Shown here in pieces: positions 55,878-64,000 of a DNA stretch of 64,000 bases (position 1 is the first letter of the stretch; each line of letters starts with the position of its first letter). The stretch covers positions 1 to 64,000 of the forward strand of contig CT868004.1 of assembly GCA_000165425.1 (NCBI GenBank), given 5' to 3'. Origin of the DNA: Paramecium tetraurelia (taxonomy: Eukaryota). The translations under genes were made by a program, and so were the position numbers. A model generated the notes under the pieces. That model was not told the DNA's origin. It worked only from the letters and a program-made list of their open reading frames with translations, and did not search any database.

Positions 55878-56350
55878 TCATTCTGGTAATTTTAGAGTGG
55901 ATAGAGTTTCTGGGAAGTGAGAAGCGATAAAAAATTTTCTGATATATTTTAACAAAGTTGTTATTTCTGGCACCTTCTCTGAATGAAGTATGTCTTCTAT
56001 AATTTCGAAGCTGGCGAAGTATTTCTTAGCAATTGCAGCTGCCTCTTTATTCTCCAAAACCTTTTTGATGTCCTCTCTTGAGTAATTTTTCTTCTTGGCC
56101 TATAACGAAATGAAATGCTTGATAACTTTGTTTTCCTTTACTTGTGGAGAACATCGATTAGCTACAAATATTAAATTAAAATAATACCGAAATGATTTTT
56201 TAACAGTCCTCCTATATTTTTTGGAATATTTTTTGCCTCACTAGGATTCTTTTGCTTTGGTTTTAATTCCTGAAATGAATTAACTTGTGGCAAAGTTTCT
56301 GAGGGGGCATTATATGAATGATCTTCGAAATTGAGAGAAGATTCTTACAT
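55878..56350 (-). CDS. Hypothetical 148-aa protein with a KNIPKN motif, recalled as a ciliate-expanded family
   Basis: ATG 56350, 26-nt intron 56162-56187, TGA 55878-55880, giving a clean 149-codon frame with SEAKNIPKNIGGLLKNHF. Confidence 0.75.
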
Positions 56351-59300
56351 ATTCAATATAATTAATATTGACTCAGAGAGTGGATGCCAAATGTAATATA
56401 AACTCACTTTCATAAATCTATCTGATACTTGATTCCTCGACTAAGATTTAACTTAAATATTATTAATTTATCATAAATTCTATCTGAATTAAGAAAAGAA
56501 TATTGACCTGTTATTAATTCATTGATCTCAGATAACTCATTAAAATAAGGTCGCCATGATATTACATTATCATTTCCCTGTTTTCGAGTCACCTAATAAA
56601 AATTAAACATCATAATTATTATCATGAGTCTAATTCTTAAGATTTATACTGTTGTGTAGATTAAGAAATCTACTATGAATTACATAACAATAACATCAAA
56701 AATTCGACTAAAAATTGAACCTCTTCTCTTTAACAAGATATTTAATTTTTTATAATAATTTCTTACATATTAAATATTTAGAATAATTAATTAGAATAAT
56801 ATTTCATTTATAATTTATTCTAATTAGATAATTTTGTCAGAATTGATTTCCAAACCTTAAAATTATTTAGATAAACTCCGTTCATAATCAATGACATTTT
56901 TCAACTATGTAAGTTGTGCATCAAAGATTTGTATTCTTCAAAATCATACTTTTTCTATAAAGGATGGAATTGATTTAGGTTACTGAAATTAATTAGAGGA
57001 ATTATGATTATTTAATATAATTATAATATTGAAATACATTTTGAATTAATAATAAATGAACTTTTATTTACAACCTAAAAATATGTTAATTTATGAGAAG
57101 ACTTAAAAGACAGAATCGAAAACAATAAATAAAAATATTAAATAAGCCTAATATATGCGGGAGTGTTGATTGCAGATTTCAAAAAATACTCTCAAAAAGT
57201 AAGCAAGAAATAAAAAGAGAATTGTTGTTCAATAAGATATAATCAAAAGTGAAAGCTTAATATATTAATGAATCCTTCTCTTACTTATTACAATACTAAT
57301 TCTCTTCATATACTATCATCATTACTTTTAAAGGAAATGTATATACATAATATAAAGTAATGAAGTGAAAAGTAAATCAATGACTATTAATAAAATGATA
57401 AACAAAAGTAATTGGAACAATTTATAAAGAAGGTGGATATCTATGGGTTTAATAATTCAGGATAGTCTGATATAGTATAAAATTCATAACAAACTAATTT
57501 GAAAAGATGTATTTGGTTTGAATGAGACAAACAAATATGATGGAAATTAAGACAATATAAAGATGCTAATAACTTTTTAAGAAATAATTATCAGATTGAT
57601 TAAAATACAGATAAAGTATTATTTAATAATCAAAATTGTTATTATAGTTTTGAAGATTCTTTTGAAGAAATAGTTAATTATTCATCAGAGAATATGCTTC
57701 CAAAGTGGCTTTTTGTTCTCGTGCTGATAGATTATTAAGTTTCAAAATATTTTGTTTATTGTTATTACAATTTTTAATTTGCTTTGAAATATGGTTGTGA
57801 GGGTATAGTAGTTGTTGTTGAGTTGTAAGAATTCCCTATTCTTGAAGTGAATGGTTAAGGAATATTAGTTGGTGATTTTTAGTTTTATTATGTTTAAGGA
57901 GTCTGCGCATAATTTAGACTCTTAGTTGAATCTGGTATTCTAAGCATTTTATTATCAATTATCCTATTTTAGATTTCTTAAGAAAGATTCTTATTTTCCT
58001 CAAACCAATATGGTTATTTTATAATGTTTTGCGAATCGAAATAATTTCTATTGTTATATAATTATTTTAGTTAAGTTGAAGAGTTTATAGTTACCAAATA
58101 TATTTATTGAATTTAAAGTAACAATTATGGTGGTAAGGTTCTAAATGAATCAATTAATTGGCAAATCTAAAATTATCATTTAAATAGTACTTCTTATGTA
58201 GAAAACTTGTACATCACCATGCAATCATTCCAAAGAACACAACTAGTTTCAATGAAAATATTTTTGGAATCTTTATTTTCTATTTGTTTCAATGAATTTA
58301 TGCATAAATCCAATACCTGTATGCATTAATTTAGCAAATTGTGCAGCTTAAATAAATATAATATTTTTTATTCTATCGTAATGCTTCCCATCTATTTTTG
58401 CTTATTCAATTCTAATTTTCTCTGTTGATAATCCCTATATTGCAATTATGTACCACGAAAATTACTGTTTCTTTTTGGAATCTTAAATTATTAATATTGC
58501 TGATCTCTTGTAGATCCTTAACCATCAGTTGATATTTAGTCTTGATCAAAAATTGGATACTAACCTATTTTACAAGCATAAAACAATTTTAAATTTTAGG
58601 CTAATTTCAATAAATACATCAGATAATTTTAAACAAATAAACTGAATTCTTAATTTTATTAGACATGAAGTGCTGATCCTTCTTTTATCATCTATTCTGC
58701 AATAGAATCTCCTAATTGGAATTCATAGAGAATCAAATGAATGGTTAGTATGATTTTAATTGCAATGAAACCCTCTAAGTGTTTATTAGTAATCACTCTG
58801 AAAAACTATTGCAAGTATTCTTTCCCAGTCAATTAAATTCCTTTGCATTGTGGACCAAATCCTTCAAAGCACTCTATCAAATATAATATATCTGGCATTA
58901 AAATGATAGGGTTATTCTACAATAAGGAGCAATTATTCAATTTTTACGAAAAGAGTGTGGGTTACTTTGAAACAAATGAGGATAATAAATTACTGAATTA
59001 TTTCATCAATAATATATTTATTTAATTATTCAATGATGTTTTAGAAATATTAAAATTAATACCAAGAAATAAAAAAAAGTAAAAAATAATGAAAAAATAT
59101 ATCAAGCATTAAGAAAATAATGAAACTAATCTTCCAATGCCAATAATTTTATATTACCTTAATTTCTAAGAGAAATTATTAGATGTATTCCATCTGCACA
59201 GTCATCCTTTCGACCAGGAATTCAATTCTCAATTCTATTCCTTTCTCTAAGAGAAAAGTTTAACTTATATATTTCTAATTAATTTTTATGATATATGCTT

Positions 59301-60021
59301 AGCTGCTGTAATTTATTTCATAGGTTAATTTTAGATACATTTGTCACCTCTCATCTTTATTGACAATCTCTATTACTTCTGGATTCAAATAATCCGTAGA
59401 ATGTTAAGTTTTGAACAGAAATTAAAAGGAACAACTCAAATAATCTAATAAGGACATTTATGATTTGTCCTTTTTTAAATTTGATAATATCAACTTTCTA
59501 TTAAAGTTTATTTTATTAGCAGAATACTAAAATATGTTTAAGATTTCTTGTTTTAGATATCAATATTTCGTATCATTCTTCTGTGTATCAGATAAATAAT
59601 ATAAAACAATAATAATTTTATGCATATCAAGTATTTAGAATAATAATTGAGATTTTTTTCATTTTTTACAATTTTCATATTGGATTTCTCTTAACTCAGA
59701 AACTCATCATGGTTGTTCTTATTGAAACATTACATAATTATAATTAGTAATTTTGCACAAAAATTAATTATACACCTATTAATTCAAAATTAGCTCATTA
59801 ATATATTGCAATAAGTGTTAATAATTTTTATTAAATTCAGTAATTTTCATAGAGTAGATGCAATTCTAGAAAGCAAAATCCATTTGCAATTAAAAAAATA
59901 ACACAATAATGTTATAAGTACATGTCTAATTGCTAAAATAATGTTATCACTCAGTTAAATATTTATTTATAAATATAATTTAAATGACTCGACATATAAT
60001 CAAACTTATTAGTTGAGAAAT

Positions 60022-61139
60022 TCAATACTCCATTTAGGAGAATTTTGAAAATTCTTCAAATATATCGGCTCTCATTCGCACAGGTACAGAGGAACCGTCA
60101 AATTATAAAAATTGATTGATAAAGTTATCATTCTCTTCTTCCTTCTGAGAAGTGAATGTTAATAAATTATGACTGTTAGCATAGCTATGAATATTGCTAT
60201 CATTTGACAAAAAGTTAACGAGGTGATGATCAACTTTGAGAAAGTCATTATCTGATGATTCAATGAACATTTTATGAAATAATTGTAGTTGTTAAATATC
60301 CTGATGATTGCTTATAATACTAACATTTAGCTTATCAGATTAGAGCGATTACAATATCGAACTAATTCCTGATTAAGCTTATTCTTCTTATTATTATATT
60401 GATTAATTTTATTAAATTTGTTCCATGATTTGTGGCTCAATATCTTCTCTTCCAGTTTCAAGAGTATTTTAGTTATTTAAAATTTCGACTTGGTCATCAT
60501 CCTTAATTAACTATCTCTTTTGATTTGGTACAATATAGTAAGGATTTTCTTGCTTGGCGTAATTTTTTCTAATATATCCATAAAATCTATTCTTAATCAT
60601 GTTCTCCTAAAACGATATTAATACTAAAATTTTACTGGTCTTCCTTTTAGTTTTTTAGCCATCTCAGACCATCTTGAGCCTATCTTTTTGAATAAGTTCC
60701 AAATTTTTAAATCTTCTTATTAACTCCATGCCTTAGTACTTATATTTGGATCTAAATGATTAATATATCGTTCCCTAATTTGCCTTCCAGTTCTATTTGG
60801 GAGAAAACGAGCAATCACCTTCCAGTCGAACTTATATTCTTTAGTTAACCTCTTAACTTATTCATCTTCTTCAGGTGTCCATTTTTAATTTTTTTCTTCC
60901 TAGTAATCATTAAAATCTAATAATACTGTATTAGGCTTGACTCTTTTCCATCTTTACGCACATTAACTGGCATTTCGTCCATTCAAATACTCTGCTATAA
61001 GTTTCCAATCTGACCCATGTACAGAAACTGTTGATTTTAATATGTTATCTTCTTCATCAGTCCAATATTTTCTGATTTTATTTGAATTTTAGTATTTTTT
61101 ACAATTATTTTAATCTTTACTTATCCTTTTCTTGATCAT
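60022..61139 (-). CDS. Three-repeat (R1R2R3) Myb transcription factor
   Basis: Repeats WTDEEDNIL...WKLIAEYLNGRNASQCAQRW, WTPEEDEQV...WKVIARFLPNRTGRQIRERYINHLDP and WSQQEDLKI...GSRWSEMAKKLKGRPENMIKNRFY. Two tiny introns and a Q-rich tail; TGA 60022-60024. Confidence 0.92.
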
Positions 61140-63191
61140 CTAAAAAATAAATTAATTATTTATTTATGTTGTTAAGTTATATTTAAACCCCAAAGAAGGT
61201 ATATAAGTATAAATCAGAATAAAACGGTAAGTTATGTACTAAACAACCCACTAATTTAAAGTTGCTTTCAGTTTTTCAAAATTTAAGTGGAATTTTTAAC
61301 TATCCAAAAATATAATATATTCCAAAAATTATTTTTACCATCCTATACTCAACTTTACTAATATCAGTTATTTCTTACTACAATTATACATGTATTTGTT
61401 ATCCTTACCTTATTTTTTAAAATAAACAACAATCCAAAGACATTATCAAAATTCAATACAAATCAAGAAATAACAACCTAATAGATATTATAATAAAACT
61501 GCCAACCTAAGCTCCCATATAATATTGCTATCATAAACTTCTCGTCCCAACAGGTGTTTATCCAAAATTCACTACCCTCCAGTCTTGAATAATCCTACCC
61601 ATTTAATTTTCAAAAAGTTAGATTTTAGGCTGATATTTGTAATATATTCTTGTATATTTAAATTATATATTTTAATATATTGATATTTATAAATTAATAT
61701 TGTTTAACCATTCATACTAATTTCTCTTGACTCTTTGCATTACACTGCTTTGCTAATAAGACACATTATAACAATGAATATGTGATTTACTTTAGATTTC
61801 AATCTCATGAAAAAAAAACCATAACACTCGAAGAGTTATTGATCCCTAAAAAGGTGCTTTTCTAACCATCATTAGGAATTGTTTCCTGAATAAGCTAGTT
61901 ATAAAATGTGTAGTAGCGATAAAATCAATTTCATATTATATAATTTTCTTTATTTATTACAATAATCTAGTAAAGTAATCAATGTTTTTTGATCTAAATT
62001 CAAATTGGTTAGGCGAAAATTATTGACTTCACATTTCTACTTAAGACTGTTAAATTTCTATAGATATGAAAATCCTTTTTAATTTTTTTCTTTAAAATGA
62101 TGTAGCTTAAAGAATCAAACCATTCTGAGAGCAACGACTTCACTTATTAGTTAAAATCACAAATAAATTTTTCTGATAAGGTTATTGATAACTGCATGGT
62201 AATTGATTTCATTTGGAGAAAAAAATATAAAAATCAAACCTGTTAATTTTACAATATTTACTGTGGATCCTTTTTTAGCTTAATGAGTCATAGAGTGAGC
62301 TAGGTAGCAATATCTGAGAATTTTTGGATGTATTTCCACTTACCAAGAAATGAACATTTTATTGTACATTTCAATATGAATTAATATAGGTCATATCACT
62401 TCTAAAATTTGATTAATGATTCATCTGGAATTCAATTTGAAGTTCACTCACTCTTAAAGTCTCAAACTTATAAAGTTTATGTTGAACTTTAATTTTCTCC
62501 AAAAAATCTATTCTGATTGAAATTTCAATACAGATGATTTAATTGGTTGATTTCATGCTCAATTATAGTGCATATCTTGTATTTGAAGTAGTTTCTAATT
62601 ATGTTTTACATTTAAAAATTAGCTGATATTTTAATACAGCATATATTAACTCAATACATTAATTTATTGATCATAAACAAGATTATAAAGATCATGAATA
62701 AAAGGTTGTGATAAGCTAATAGTATAGGTATTACAATTATTGCTTATTTGTTTTTAAACAATTTATTAATAACTGGAATTTAGTAGAAGTTATATTAATA
62801 AATAGTAAATAATATTTTTAAATTTACAAAATTAGTCTTAGATATTTGATGGGAGTGGAGCTGTGTTCTTAAATACCAACTGAGTGTTTTGCTATTATCA
62901 TAATACAATCAGGCGCAATCATAATTTTGATGCTTCTAATATTATTGATGTATCGATATTAAATAGTCCACAAATTGCATCCAATTATGATAGTTGATGT
63001 TGAGCCAATCAAATTAAATAAATTGCAAAATATAGCAAATTGTGATATGTCATACGATTCAACTATGCATTAATAATGATATACTTTTATTTTTAAATAA
63101 TTAAGCAATTTTGAATACATTTATTTATGAAGAATTGAAACCAAAGGTTATATAAAAATAATCATAATTATCTAATAATTTTACACAAAGA

Positions 63192-64000
63192 TCAAACGAG
63201 ATTTTCTTTAGCAATTAGCTATCTGAGCTGTCTTTCAAATAAATCATCAATAAATAATGCAGCCTATGGTAACAAGATTGTTAATTTCTTAATGTTTTAA
63301 TATTCGATAAAATACTGGTTTCGAACAAATATAAGAACAAACAATATCTTAAGGCAGGTAAACACTAAATAAAAAATGGATACAATCTATGATATATGAT
63401 TCTAGAATTACTTAAATAGTCATATTTAATTAATCTGCTTCTTCTGAAAGTCCTGTTTTAATGGTGTCCAACACACCCATAATGATCACACTCAAATAAA
63501 TTCCAATCTCTATCTCATTAAATGGTGTACTCGCTCTTTAAGTAAATAATTAGGAATTATTCATTTCTGTCAGTAATATGTTTCTCACTTTGTTTATAGT
63601 TATGGATAGACCTCTATCCATAACATTGTCATAGAGTTGTTTGCATAAAAATTGTTATTTCAAATCAAATGTTTTCTAAATACTTTCAACCTCACACAGT
63701 GTTTGATTGTTCAAGTCCAACAAGTTTTAGTCATTGTAATTACTATCAGCAATTGTGTAGGTTTATAGAAAATTGCTCAAACTATCCAAACTACCTTGTA
63801 TGATTTGTAAATATTGGTCAGTTAGATTTTAAGATATATATTCATATCCATTAAAGTTATTACTTTTAAAATACAATATTTCTCTTAAACTATAAGCTTT
63901 AGGAATAGACAATCCAAGTTCTCCAATTTGGTTGTATTGCAAACTCTTCTCTTGATAGTAATCCATAAACTGAATTCCTTAAAAGTTCATTATGAACGAA
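63192..64000 (-). CDS. 3' end (partial) of a large multi-pass membrane protein, TmcB/TmcC-like PAS-domain family
   Basis: Open frame from the window edge with LCKQLYDNVMDRGL, a final TM helix and the terminal LTILLPQAALFIDDLFERQLRQL. One 25-nt intron; TGA 63192-63194. Family recognised from the C-terminal pattern only. Confidence 0.65.

Noticed and set aside
62097..62516. ~140-codon open frame on + (MMQLKESNHS...)
   Set aside because: No recognisable motif or intron support; likely a chance or antisense frame within a decayed region.

Overview
AT-rich eukaryotic DNA from a ciliate, most likely a Paramecium macronuclear chromosome. Genes read through TAA/TAG as Gln, end only in TGA, and carry tiny (about 22-31 nt) GT..AG introns, so the supplied standard-code ORF track misses or fragments almost every real gene. 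The first ~17 kb holds no intact gene, only decayed remnants of large genes, including a Cys-rich surface-protein relic. From 17.2 kb the window is mostly gene-dense: a catalytically dead calpain, a UBR1-type N-recognin E3 ligase, a PH-START-ORD lipid-transfer protein, a giant (~3,675 aa) anoctamin/TMEM16-pseudokinase-helical repeat fusion, a PCD-like protein, an RBM34/Nop12-like RRM protein, two N-acylation-motif microproteins, a SNF1/AMPK-type kinase, a putative mitochondrial protein, an ankyrin-repeat anoctamin lacking most Ca2+-binding residues, an EF-hand protein, a three-repeat Myb factor and the 3' end of a TmcB/C-like membrane protein. The most striking candidates for an undescribed system are the two unusual anoctamins and the adjacent double-domain lipid-transfer protein. 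All calls come from manual translation (code 6) and motif recognition; no database search was run.
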